Source of the DNA: Mizuhopecten yessoensis
Lineage: Eukaryota
Length of the DNA: 64,000 bases
Assembly (NCBI RefSeq): GCF_002113885.1
Contig: NW_018408920.1
Coordinates: 591,192-655,191, forward strand
Direction: 5' to 3'
Shown: positions 39,699 through 52,140 of the stretch, one piece after another
Layout of the letters: every line of letters starts with the position of its first letter
Position numbering within the stretch: position 1 is the first letter of the stretch
Program-made: the position numbers and the translations under genes
The notes under the pieces: model-generated
What the model was told of the DNA's origin: nothing
Database searches by the model: none
Seen by the model: only the letters and a program-made list of their open reading frames with translations

Positions 39699-40339
39699 CT
39701 GGTGATAGGAAATGATAATCCAATAAACATAAAAAGTGTGATATGAGATTTTTTCACTTAATCTTACTTTATTTGTATACCAAAGTAGGCATCTCATCGT
39801 TGATGTGATATTGTACAAAGTTATATCAGCACTCGGGCCTCCGGCCCCTCGAGCTTGTATGGGAGTCTCGAGCTGATTTACGGAGTAGGAAACGGAAATG
39901 GTAATATGATAACCTCTAAGTATATTTCTGTTCAAATACAATTGGTAGCTACTGATTGATCAAATATGGATTAATTCTATGACTAATATTTTATTGCGTA
40001 AAACTGTTAAAGTAAATTTATTGTCTGTCTCGAATAAAAATATCAAGTTACTTGTATTGTTTTTAAAGATTCTAAAGGTAGAGAATGTTTGTTCACACTG
40101 ACTGTGTTATATAAGGGAATCATTATGGAGAAGGCAGCCTTAAAACGGTCGAGTTAGAACCGGAAGGGCCAATGAGGAGCCAACATTGGGTTTGGAAAAG
40201 TTAGCGAAAGCTCCTAGATCAGAATGTAATACCGTCTATTGGACCGTCAGTAAAGATTTCAACTTAGCCAATAATATAAAATAATACTATTTAAAGTAGT
40301 TCAAGTGTTTGAGCCTTACAATTTCCGTATTCTGCATAT

Positions 40340-41570
40340 TCTATTTGTGAATTAATCTTTCATTTATTCTAATTTGTCAACTACTTTGAGGATTAATCTT
40401 TCTCCTATTCTTCTCTGTGAATTAATCTTTCTCCTATTCTATTTTGTGAATTAGTCTTTCTCCTTTTCTAATTTGTTAATTAATCTTTCCCTTTCCAATT
40501 TTGTGAATTAATCTTTCTCCTATTCTAATTCTGTGAATTAATCTTTCTTCTATTCTACTCTTTCAATTAATCATTTTCTTATGCTACATTGTAGGTTAAT
40601 CTTTCTCCTATTCTATTTTGTGACTTTTCTATTTTGTGAATTAATCTTTTTCCTTTTCTATTTTGTGAGTTTATCTTTTTCCTTTTCTATTTTGTGACTT
40701 AATCTTTCTCCTTTTCTACTTTGTAGATTAATCTTTCTCCTATTCAATTTTGTGACTTAATCTTTCTCCTTTTCGATTTTGTGAATTAATCTTTTTCCTT
40801 TTCTATTTTGTGACTTAATCTTTCTCCTTTTCTACTTTGTGGATTAATCTTTTTCCTATTCTATTTTGTGACAATCTTACTCCTATTCTATTTTGTGAAT
40901 TAATCTTACTCCTATTCTATTTTGTGACTTTTCTATTTTGTGAATTAATCTTTTTCCTTTTCTACTTTGTGGATTAATCTTTTTCCTTTTCTACTTTGTG
41001 AATTAATCTTTTTCCTTTTCTATTTTGTGACTTACTCTTTCTCCTTTTCTACTTTGTGGAGTAATCTTTTTCCTTTTCTCCTTTGTGAATTAATCTTTCT
41101 CCTATTCTATTTTGTGACTTTTCTATTTTGCGAATTATTTTTTCTCCCATTCTTTTTTGTGAATTATTCTTTTCCTTTTCTATTTTTATGACTTAATCTT
41201 TCTCCTTTTTCTACTTTGTAGATTAATCTTTCTCCTATTCTACTTTTTGAATTGATCTTTCTCCTGTTATACTTCTTTTTGAATTAATCTTTGTCCTATT
41301 CTACATTGATCTTTCCTTTATTCTAATTAGTCGATGAATCTTTCTTCTATTTTACCTGGTGAATGAATTTTCTCCTATTCTACTTTGTGAATTGACCTTT
41401 CTCCTATTCTAATTTGTGAATTAATCTTTCTTATTTTCTTCTTTGATAAACAAGCCTTCTTTTTTCTATTATACTTTGTTGTTTAATAGAATATTCCCCT
41501 ACCTTGAGAATGAGGGAGACATTCGGTGAGGGGGAGCGGAATAATCTTTCTCCTATTCTACAATTTGAAT
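40340..41570. repeat. Degenerate ~30-bp pyrimidine-rich minisatellite in intron 3
   Basis: Unit ttgtgaattaatctttctcctattctattt. Confidence 0.9.
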
Positions 41571-41704
41571 TATTTTCTGCAGATTATTCGAGCCTTAATA
41601 TTTTCGTAATAGTTGCTTCTTATGCATGTACATTTAACTTTGTATGGATCGAGACCATCGAATCATGAACGGACTATAACCTTGTCTCTTATATATCGAT
41701 TTAC

Positions 41705-41803
41705 CTTGTTCCTGAAAAGTACGGCTTCTGCTGACAAACCAGGACCCACCAGGAAACTGCGCATTAGCGGGAGCGGTGTCTCCGTCGGCTCATGCAAAAT
41801 TAC
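41705..41803 (-). CDS. DEG/ENaC (ASIC-like) channel, exon 3 (VILHEPTETPLPLMRSFLVGPGLSAEAVLFRNK)
   Basis: GIK|V.LH....P......F.V.PG motif; taaacag| ... |gtaaat; 99 nt. Confidence 0.93.
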
Positions 41804-43002
41804 CTGTTTAAGTTAAAGCAGACAGAAATATTTAGTGTTAGGAATGTACATCACGATTCGTCGCTTTTAAAGTAAGGGAGACTAGTTCTTATATCGCCTT
41901 CAAACATTTAGATAAGTCAAGGCACAAATGTTCCGTTGTACGAGCATTAATCTTTGACTAAACGGTTGAGTTCCCGCTTGTCGCGCCGTTTCTTCGTGCG
42001 CTTGCGATGAAATCGTTTTATTGTAAGGTAGGTCGGATCACAGTTCACCAAAATAATGGACAGTCATTATAATTTTAAGAATTTATTTTTCAGTCATTAT
42101 TATAAAGAGCGTATTAAACTTCCATTCACGCTCTGAAAGAAGTAATTTTTGTAACAAACATGAAACCCATGGTACAGGTAAGGTAATGTGATATTTGCTT
42201 TTTACCGTTATACCTTTCTGAAAGCTGTATTCTTACTAATTTCGTAGTATTTTAGCAGTTAGCAGATAAAGGGAAAATTTAAATGAAGAATAGGGAATCA
42301 AAGGTAAAAAATATGCCATATTCATAAAGTTTGTTCGTGTGAGTGTAAGCAGTATGATTCTGTAGTACGATTGAGACCAGTGCTGAATGACAGACAAACA
42401 TTGTTAATTTCCGATTAAGGTTAATAGTGAGTAACTACGGACATTTCTTTCAACACATGCATAAAACGTGACAGGATGCCCCATACGATCAATCTGACCA
42501 AAATAATATCAACGGCTATCCATTTTGTGCATGTGAACTATCGCATGAAACGATTTTATTCCATTATTTTTTCTAAACCGCAATAAGGATGAACTCGACT
42601 TCCGTGCGCAGATTAGTGTAGAAACAACGGGTAATCCGTCCCATTACTTGTTACAGTCTTACTTGTTGTTTACCCTGGAGACCAGAAATAGCTCTAACAT
42701 ACCAACCTGAAACCCCCACCCCGCCCTCACGCAAACTGTGTGTGTATTAACTTCCTTGTGATATATACATTCCTACCCTTCCATTCCGAAGTAATTTTTC
42801 TGGTGGAAAAAAATTCACCCATCATAGATCATAGCATTGTTTTCCTATTACATAACGAGGCATTTGTTTGTGGCTTTTCCTTGATTTTTCAAGTGTCTTT
42901 TAAAAGTTTTTGGAAAACAACTTGCATAAGCTTGAAGCCTTTATGTTACAGATCAGCAAACAATATATACTTTTCATGTGGCCTTCGCTTTGTCTTACTG
43001 AC

Positions 43003-43543
43003 CTTAATACCTGATTGCAGTGTTTCTGGGAAGAAGTAAAGGTGCTGTTCAATGTCAATGACCACCCGTAGACCCCCTACAGAACCATACATCCGGGACT
43101 TCTGTTGGGGCAATACACCATTAAATGTGAAGCACATTCCCATGGGAGTTATGCTGGCGTCGAAAATATGGCTGCAATTCACTTGACGTCCCTCCCAGAA
43201 ACATGACCGGAATATTTCCAAATTATGTGAATGGGCGCGCATACATTTGTCGATGTCGTCACCGGAAATAGACGTGCCATTGTTCGGACGGTGGATCGGT
43301 AGTTGGGCGTAGTGACTTAACTCGCTTTCGTGAAACATCAGGAATTCCAAGTCTGCACAATCAACAACACTGCTTTTCACTTGGTTTATATTGCATATGG
43401 TGACAGCAGGAAACTCGACATGTTTTCTCTTAGAAACATGAGTGCTCGTACGCGTCTCATACCGGAAGTACATACTCAGTTCGAGATAAGTAAATATTGA
43501 TAGACTTGTAATCATCCCCATAAGCAGAATAATCCACACGCAT
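43003..43543 (-). CDS. DEG/ENaC (ASIC-like) channel, exon 2 (TM1, FPAVTICN, GMCFTFN, GLRVVIDIEQ)
   Basis: Diagnostic family motifs; attttcag| ... |gtcagt. Confidence 0.95.
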
Positions 43544-43708
43544 CTGAAAATTGATAAAGTTATAGACAGCTTTGATTTAAAACAATAAAAGTAAAAGACC
43601 ATAGTGTTACCATATTTCATTTTGTAATTTTGAAGATCTGCAACTGAGATTAATTTAGATATGTATAATTAGTATGGTAAAATGGAGACATGCCAACCAT
43701 ATTAATAC

Positions 43709-43854
43709 CTTCGAATAAGACTTTCGTTGGCGGCTGCTTTGTGTAACCCATGGATTGTTGCAGACGAAAGGAAGTCTTGGACAACCACACCTGTAGAGGG
43801 CTTCCTTGATGTCTTCTCGTCGCTATTAGAGTTACTATTATCGGTTTCTTCCAT
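43709..43854 (-). CDS. DEG/ENaC (ASIC-like) channel, exon 1 (MEETDNS...DFLSSATIHGLHKA...LIRR)
   Basis: ATG at 43854, conserved N-terminal T-x-HG motif, donor |gtatta. The eight exons sum to 1485 nt = 494 aa + stop. Confidence 0.9.
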
Positions 43855-45765
43855 GTTGGATATTAGACCTGTGGTCACTATGTAATGTACTGTAGTAATA
43901 CGTCTTCACTAATGGACGAACACAGAATATTACAGAGATATGAACCAAACACGCTTCGCACATCGCTTCAACGATATTGATTGCAATTACAAACCTCACT
44001 TTCCTTTTTTTAAATAATTGATGAACGTCAGCGTAATCGTATGAGGTTACTACTCATATATACATCTGTATGTCGGTCAATCTTACAGGTGTCACTCGAT
44101 TATCGCAATCATCAGTTCAAACCACTCAACTAATTGATTTAAGATTAATAAACTACTCGCATCATACATTAACCCATTCTCTAAAGACCCATTCACAATG
44201 ATTTCGATCTTTGTCTAACCGTGTGTTTTCAAAACAGACCTGTTTATCAGCAAATACAACTTATTCAACATGCTTTAATCAATATGATGTGTTCATATTT
44301 CATATGTATTTCATCATAGGTACAAAGAATTACTTGGGGATCAAATTGCGAGTTAATTTCCTAAACAAGAGGCCCAAACGATCTGTATCGATTACCTGTC
44401 CATGTGCAAATCCTTTAAGAGTGCATGATAAAAGTGGATGTCTACGTTACGGTATTGGTTTATCGGATCAATAGCATTGATGTAATGTGGCTTATAATTT
44501 GCCGAAACTGATCCAGCTCATTTTTTTTCAAACCGAAAGCGGCGCAAAACGCCGCGGGGGTTTGATCTGTAAACACTTTGTCACTTCCAGTGCTTCCTCA
44601 TGCGTGAAAGCCTTCTGGAAAATTAAGGCCGCATACTGTCTTCAAAAATATTATAGTAAACCCTACGATATCTGTAATTATTGCAGTTTTCTAGTGAAAT
44701 ATCATGAATTCTCCTTTTGATAAAAACATATCATAATGCAGTGAAGATATACGAAATATTTTATCTTCACATGTGAAGACGTCACTCTTAGAATGGTCCA
44801 GTCTGAACGGTACATTAGTTTCTCTGCGTAGATTTCCAGTTTCAAGTTTGGATAAAGTGACGGCAGAATAAGTGGTTGTGTTGTCACCTTTGCAGCATAC
44901 AATATTGTTTTTACAAAACTACACAATTGATATCATTTTTGTCTGGAAATCTTACCAGATAATAGGTACATTGTCATTAAAAATATTTGTAACAAATATT
45001 GAGTGACAATATTGAGTGACAATAGTGCTTAAAGCAAAATTAATGACATTGACAATTTATAAAATTATTATAATTTGATAAATTCAAGTCTGCAGGATCC
45101 ATTCCCTCGAGGTTCTTGAACTGTCAGTTAGTCATTTTCATTTGGAGTCCAGCAGCATTGCTGCATTTTCTTGTTACAGTTGCAAAATCTATTTATTTCC
45201 TATATAACATATTTGAGACTGAAAGTGTTTGGGTCTTCTGCCTTTACAGAAAGTAGTTCTCACACGAGGCATCTTGTTGCTTTTAATCTAACAAGCCGAA
45301 TTATGACTCTAGACCTCACATTTCTTTCGAAGAAGTTTTTGACGTCTTTCACCTCTCTGACCTCGACAGTAGCTCAAGTAATTGTTATGTTCTCAAAGTT
45401 TGTTCGGCTCTATCCAAGGAATCGACCAACCAAATGTAATGACTCCATCGGGATAAGGAGTCGGGGGTTGGGGGAGAAACTTTATCATAGAAAGCAGAAT
45501 AGAAAGCAATACGCTATTCTAATACCTAACTAAAAAGGTAAAACTATATTTTTTACTCTTTTTTTTTCTTCTAAAACTAAATGCTATCATTTCCCATAAC
45601 ATCTTTTGGATGCTTATCTGAATAAGTGTACCACCCCCTTTTGCTCAGTAGTTACAGCGTCCTTTATAAACAACATTTGGTTGGCAGCTGCATGCGCTGG
45701 GTTGCACAATATAACCATTATCCATACTTCTTATTGCATTTGTTGGAACCATTTAGTCTAGATTA

Positions 45766-46434
45766 CAATGGCACCTTCATCAGACAAATGACCAATGCAC
45801 ACAAAGTTGAAAAATGTGTACGAGTTGTCCATATAATCAATGTCGATTTCGGCTACGCTGGAAACGTATGTACAATAGTTGTTATATATGTACCGATATG
45901 ACTCAATTTAGCTACGCTTTGTTAACATTTGGTCATAGATTGCGAGAGTCTTTGAGCCACCTCGTCTCGATTTAGATGGCTTCCTTTATCTGCTGCTTGA
46001 ACAGATTGCTCTCTCTGTCCAAAACTTTGGAGTTATTCCAGTCAATCACATGTTTTTAGCTCACCTGGCCCGAAGGGCCATGTGAGCTTATGCCGTACTG
46101 CGTCGTACGTCGTCCGTCGTCCGTCCATCAACTTTTTCTTTTCAACGACTTCTTCTGAAGAACTGGAGGACCTAAATATACAACATTTGATATAGCGCCC
46201 TATCTAGCTAACATAAGCCACTCTAAAGCGCTTTACAGTACACATATACATCAATTAATTCGTGTATACAAAGCGTAGCTAAATTGAGTCATATCGGTAC
46301 ATATATAACAACTATTGTAAATACGTTTCCAGCGTAGCCGAAGTCGACATCGATTGTACGGACAACTCGTACAGATTTTACAACTTTTGTGTGCATACGC
46401 TTCATTGGTCATTTGTTTGATGAAGGTGACAGTG
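45766..46434. mobile_element. MITE with ~160-bp TIRs and TA flanks, containing a HINE 5' fragment (~46053-46190)
   Basis: 45766-45922 is the inverted copy of 46268-46434; TA|CAATGGCACC ... GGTGACAGTG|TA. Confidence 0.75.
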
Positions 46435-46982
46435 TACATATTGTACTAGTCATCGAAATGTCACATAGATAATGTTATTGGTTGTGTAAAAAGAACTTAT
46501 CAAAGCCCCCGTAATAATAAATCTTTAGAGTAGTAAACACCTTTATCTGGTGACTGCACTCTATAAAGTATCTAGTACTAGGCAAAGACTGATTGTGTCC
46601 AATCTATTTAAACTGATAACTGTAAGTAACTGATTATTTACCATGGATACTCCACAGAGAATCGTTATAAATCACGGTAGGATTTCACCTTCAATACTGA
46701 AGATCAACATCATCTTTTAAAAAGACATTTATTTCATACCGAAACCAGCACTTCGTGTCGAAGCGCATTTGCAGTGGATTCCGATTAATGCGTGAACCCT
46801 GTAAACTTTGAACCCCCATACAGTTTTATTCCATTCGATTCCATGACCTTTTTGACAATTTATTTAGCGTTAACCCAGTATATATGTACTTTTCTAACCG
46901 TATCATTGGATCTTGTGCGAAGAAAAAGCGTTCAACGAACAACTTCTTAAAACTAAGTATACATGAAAAAGTTGTCATCAAG

Positions 46983-48794
46983 ATGGAATATTTCATCGAA
47001 TTGAATAATAATACTTACATTGGAATTGTATTCTTTGTATTTGTGAGTTTCGTTTCATCTATGCCTTGTCCAACGGGTTGTATGTGCCCAAGCACCTTGG
47101 CGGTTGGTTGCAGTACAGGATTCACGGCGTTTCCGTCACCACTGACCAATACTATCAAATGACTCTCAATTAATGGAAACTACATGACACACAACAGTAC
47201 CCCTACCTTACATCGGAGTGACTTTCAATCCATGCCTGTACTAGTTTCGTTACAAATGGCTCATTGCGAAATTAACACAATCGCAGATGACACATTCTTA
47301 TCACGTGGTTCGTTGAACTATCTAGATCTGTCATATAACAACATTCCCCGTATAACTGACAAGACCTTTTTGGGGCTAACAAATCTGGTTTCCCTACAGA
47401 TCAGCGGGAATCCGCATTGTGAGCTGAGCGAGAAGACTTTTGATAGTCTTTCGAATCTGCAAGAACTCTATATTGCCGAAATGGACTTGGAACGCCTTCT
47501 TCCTGTTATGTTCACAAATTTGAAACATCTCAGACTTTTGGATGTCCATGGAAACAAAATATGGAAAATTGAATTTGATTTTGGGGCTGTATTCCCGAAC
47601 TTACAACACTTGGATTTATCGAGAAACCTTCTAAAGGGACTGCCCAAACGGTACAACGACACGTTTTCACATCTAACGACCGTCAAAATGTCGGGAAATC
47701 CTCTCCAATGTAATTGCGAAATACGATGGTTAAAGCATTCAACGAAAAAGGCTCTGGACCCTGAATATGCCAGTGACGCATTAGTTTGCTACGGCCCAGA
47801 ACGTCTGAAATATGCTCCGATTTTGCGCGTTCCTGATTTAGAGTTTAAGTGTGTTGCACCCCAAATAGTCAATTGTACAACTGAAACGTACGTTGTGATG
47901 GAAACGTCATCCCTTCGGATGTGGTGTGAATTGGGGGGATATCCATATCCGGATGTGACCTGGACAAGATATGATGGAAAGAATGTAGAATTCACTTACG
48001 AAAACACTTCAAACTACTATGTTTCTAGAACAGGATCCTTGGACATTTTCAACGTCTCAAAGGCCGATGACGGTACGTGGACACTCGGTGCCAGCAATTC
48101 AATCGGTCAGAAAAGTCATCAACTGAAAATAGTTGTTACCCCCAAAACAACCACCACCACAACAACGTCAACAATAACAACAACAACAACAACCACAACC
48201 ACAACCACAACCACGCCGACGACGACAACAACAACATCGACAACAACGCCTACACCAACCACATCGACAACAACGCCGACGACGACAACGACAACATCAA
48301 CAACAACGCCGACAACATCAACGCCGACAACAACCACATCAACAACGCCGCCACAGACTACACCAACTACAAGTACTTTGAAATCTACAACCGCAAATAC
48401 GATAGTAAGCAGCAGCGAGCATCAGTCAGCTAATGGGGGTACGGTAATCCATAAAGCCCCCGATCATGTAAACCCTAACCCGGCAAACATCACACCAGCT
48501 GACAATGACAAGACAGACGACGATAGCGATGAGGACAAACCAACTAATAGGACGAAAATGGAAGACGAAGACGGTGGTGGAATGAACATGATGATGATAG
48601 CAGGAGCTGGCGGAGGAGGTCTACTTGTAATCGTCCTCATCGCCGTCATCGTCTACTGCGTGAAGAGTAAGACTAACAGGTCGACAACAGGAATAATGAC
48701 AACGCTTGGAGGCAGGAAATCTAGAACAAGTGCATGGGATAGAACAATCCATGGGATAGAACAAGTGCATGGGATAGAAAAATCGATGGGATAG
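46983..48794 (+). CDS. LRR-Ig membrane receptor, copy 1 (signal peptide, LRRNT, LRRs, LRRCT, Ig, Thr-rich stalk, TM); in-frame TGA at codon 60, so possibly a pseudogene or null allele
   Basis: CPTGCMC LRRNT, LxxLDLSxN repeats, NPLQCNC LRRCT, C-x-x-x-G-x-P-x-P-x-V-x-W Ig motif, TM GLLVIVLIAVIVYC. The ORFs 46884-47162 and 47184-48794 are in the same frame, separated by TGA at 47160-47162. Confidence 0.85.
48147..48350 (+). repeat. Coding (ACN)n repeat forming a poly-Thr mucin-like stalk
   Basis: aca/acc/acg runs translating to TTTTTT-P-TTTT. Confidence 0.9.
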
Positions 48795-48878
48795 AACAAG
48801 TGCATGGGATAGTACAAGTGCACGGGATAGAACAAGTGCATGGGATAGAACAAGTGCATGGGATAGAACAATCCATGG
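48723..48878 (+). repeat. 18/17-bp VNTR at the 3' end of LRR-Ig copy 1
   Basis: agaacaagtgcatgggat (18 nt) and agaacaatccatgggat (17 nt) units in the order 18,17,18,17,18,18,18,18,partial. Confidence 0.9.
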
Positions 48879-49131
48879 CAACACAAATAGGGCTGGTGTT
48901 ACGACGGTTGACAAAGGTAAGAAAAACAACGCTGCCAACAATACAGATAAGAACGGGACAGTGACAGAAGATTCAATAGGAGACATATTAGCTATTGTAT
49001 CAGTTGTTGTTGTAGGAAGCTTGTTACTGATCACTGCCGTGATCTCTGTTATCGTCTGCTGTGTTAAATGGAAGAACATCCGCATCAATGTTCATTCGGA
49101 TCAAGCCAATCACTTTTCAGCGCGATTCTAA
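48865..49131 (+). pseudogene. Out-of-frame second stalk + TM + short tail of LRR-Ig copy 1
   Basis: RTIHGNTNRAGVTTVDKGKKNNAANNTDKNGTVTEDSIGDILAIVSVVVVGSLLLITAVISVIVCCVKWKNIRINVHSDQANHFSARF*. The first half is homologous to the end of copy 3 (KGKENNAVNNKIGTVTGD). Confidence 0.7.
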
Positions 49132-51293
49132 ATGAACCTTTCATTAACTATTCATGCAGAAATTCCAACGGTGGTTGTGGTAATATATTAGTTCATTTTA
49201 AATGTTACTTTAGTATATGTATAAACGGCATATTAAATTAAGATATAAGTGACAGTAGTCCTTTTATACAGAATTTGTGGAGAATTATAAACAATATTCG
49301 CAGACATTCATTTTTATAACGAGAATACGAACAGCAGCGAAAAACTGATAAACAGCTGAACAATCGAAAATATTATAATAATACCAGGTATTTCAAAGTG
49401 TCGATTCGCTTGGAATAACAAGATGAATAATTAAATCAAGACAAACATTATGAACCTCGACAAGAGATTGGAGTAGAAACAAAGTGCTAAGGAAGGCTTG
49501 TAGTCCCCTGTATCACTTGTAGCTCTCGTCAAATTGTTTCACATCTAACCAGGAAAGTGTAAAGTCATCAATAATGTATCATTTACATGTCTTAACTAAT
49601 TCCTTTACCGTAATAGAAACTGATATCTAAATATTGTAAATACCTGATACTTTTGTATGCAATTCATGCCAGTTAAATGCAAAAGTTATATATGTCAGAT
49701 GACTCTATTAATATTGTACTTTATAACGGTATAACCAACACATAGTGTCCGCGGCTGCTGCACCCTATGTGCGCACGACTAAGGGTGGTCCATCATTCAC
49801 GCAGAGTCGCTGACTGTGTGGTACTGCAGTGTGACCACTGCAGAATATTGTATGAACCCCGACTTCTGCTGTTAGAAGATTTTGTCCTTTTTTTTCAAAT
49901 TGTGTATTTTTTATCTATAGTGTACATATATTTACGTACATGTATCAATAAGTAAACAACTATGTATCATACATAAATCAGTCCGTTTTACTCATTGCAT
50001 TGGTCATCCAGTTTATGACGCATAATACTTTGTGTATTTTTTCCGTCTACTGCAAGCTCGTGCACGGGTATACTGGTTGTTAAAATACCATATAGTAGAC
50101 CGGAGTGCAAGCATTCCAATCAAATGTGTATCAATGTTGTATTACAATATTTAAAGATTAGTATGGTTACTACACCCTATCAATATTCTAATACATATGT
50201 GCAGCTACAAGACTGCACACATAAATGTGCTATAAAGATTACAAATGTTGTGGCTTTTACGCTATCCATACTGTGTAATACATATACCAGTATATACATG
50301 TAGCTATAAGGTTACAGTTAATAAAATGTATGCCATAATAATTTATATATACCTTACAAATTATCTTACTTGTAATAGTATACTCATCACCAGAGACATA
50401 TAGTATTTAATATAAAAGTTGCCACATCTAGTGTGCACACATACGTGCAGAAGGTAAAAATGTTATGGTACACATACAATAATTTGGGTAATAGGTATTG
50501 TTACAATATATATTTATACAGAAGGAGTCGTTATCATATGCATTGCATTAACATGTCAAGTGCCACAATTATATTCTCCCAAATCTCCATGTGTGTTACC
50601 CACCTGGCTCACCTGTGCTGGTGAAATCGAACGAAGTCAATATAAAATACCCAACATGCATCTATTCGTAGTAAGTAGAGAGTGTGCATGTAGACTCCAT
50701 GGCTGTTAAGTTTAAAGTGTACAGTCAACTGCTTGCAGATTTGTATATATTCTACAACAAAGCAAACTGTGTGTTACGTAGTTATTTTTATCATTACTAT
50801 TTAATTTACATGTATGATGCCAGCACTATCTGTATATACCGATTTATAACTGTATGAATGTCCAATAGTTTGTATATTTAAAAACGGTATGACTACCAAT
50901 CTTTATTCCTCATCAATGTGAATTGCATCTAAATATGGTTGCTGGTTTTGACTCAATGTCACCCACCTCCCTCGTTGGCATTCTAATTACAACTCATTGA
51001 GAAGTTCAATTTATTAATATCCAGTGATAACGTAACTTATTCATGTTTATTCTACGTACGTACCTCGGCTTGATATATCCATCATATCCACTCCAACGAA
51101 ATTAAAATGTAAAATTGATTCTATCCAAATCGTACAGTGTGTGACCCCGTGTTTAACTTTATCGAGTGGATACACGTGAAAAGTCTCGTGTTATTGCTAG
51201 CATTTATTGTACCTGACTAGCGCTTCTGAACCATAAATACTTAACTTTTCTTATACAGAACCATTATGGTCAGGTCTGTTTATATATCGGCGC

Positions 51294-51400
51294 GTCGATT
51301 TACCCAATACAACCCTATACTACCCAATACAAGTGTCGATTTACCCAATAAAACCCAATACTATCCACTAAAAGTATCGATTTACCCAATAAAACCCAAT
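51294..51400. repeat. ~40-bp tandem repeat, ~3 copies
   Basis: tcgatttacccaata-aaacccaatacta repeated. Confidence 0.75.
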
Positions 51401-51679
51401 ATAAAGTTAAAAGTACACAATACAAGTAACAATGTTGTTCGGACCCGGGTATTTTTGGCAAGATAGTCGTTATTTGGAATTACTTAATTTAATCTATTAC
51501 ATTTCAAAATATTTCATTGTTAATACAAAGATAAATACACTTATTATAGAAGTATTACATGTGTTAACAAAGGGACCAGACAACAGGCTTAGCCTATAAA
51601 CATGCAAGTTTTTTCCTATAGATACCGGTATCCTATTATTTTAATTTCATTAATATATTGACGTTTTGAGTGGAAGATA

Positions 51680-52140
51680 TGACAATAACGGGAAAAAAAT
51701 AATAACTATAATGAAAGAACACATATACTCACTCACTCTCATACTACCATTCGTAATTGGTATATTCTATATCGTTAGAACTTGCATGTAAAAAGATATT
51801 ACTTATAAATTGAGAATCGTTTTTTTTTTTTAAATATGAAATAGTATGATTAAGTATATTTCTATTAGTCTCGTTAGACATACCAACGATACCATGACAA
51901 CATGAAGATTTACAAATCCTAATAGATTATACACAGAGAAGATGTGATGCCTAAAATACCTATAAAGAGAAAGAACAGAAAAATGTGTTGTATTTTCTAT
52001 ATTTGCACCACATGAACAGGAACTCAAGCTATGTTGCATTCACGAATGGAACAGTAAACGAATATATATTAGTAAAGTGCTTTTCTTAACCTAGCCATAT
52101 TTGTTAATGTCTTAACAACAATTCATTGTATCTATTAACA
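51680..52140 (-). mobile_element. CR1-group LINE 3'-end fragment
   Basis: CSCGANIENTTHF resembles the C-terminal C-x-CG...E...HF motif. A similar 3' flank recurs at ~52195-52320. Confidence 0.5.

Noticed and set aside
47160-47162. Selenocysteine codon
   Set aside because: The paralogs have Leu, not Cys, at this position, and I could not identify a SECIS element.
47468-48649. Short antisense and alternative-frame ORFs over the LRR-Ig genes (also 55110-55556 and 57600-58127)
   Set aside because: Shadows of the real plus-strand coding sequence and of the ACN repeat.
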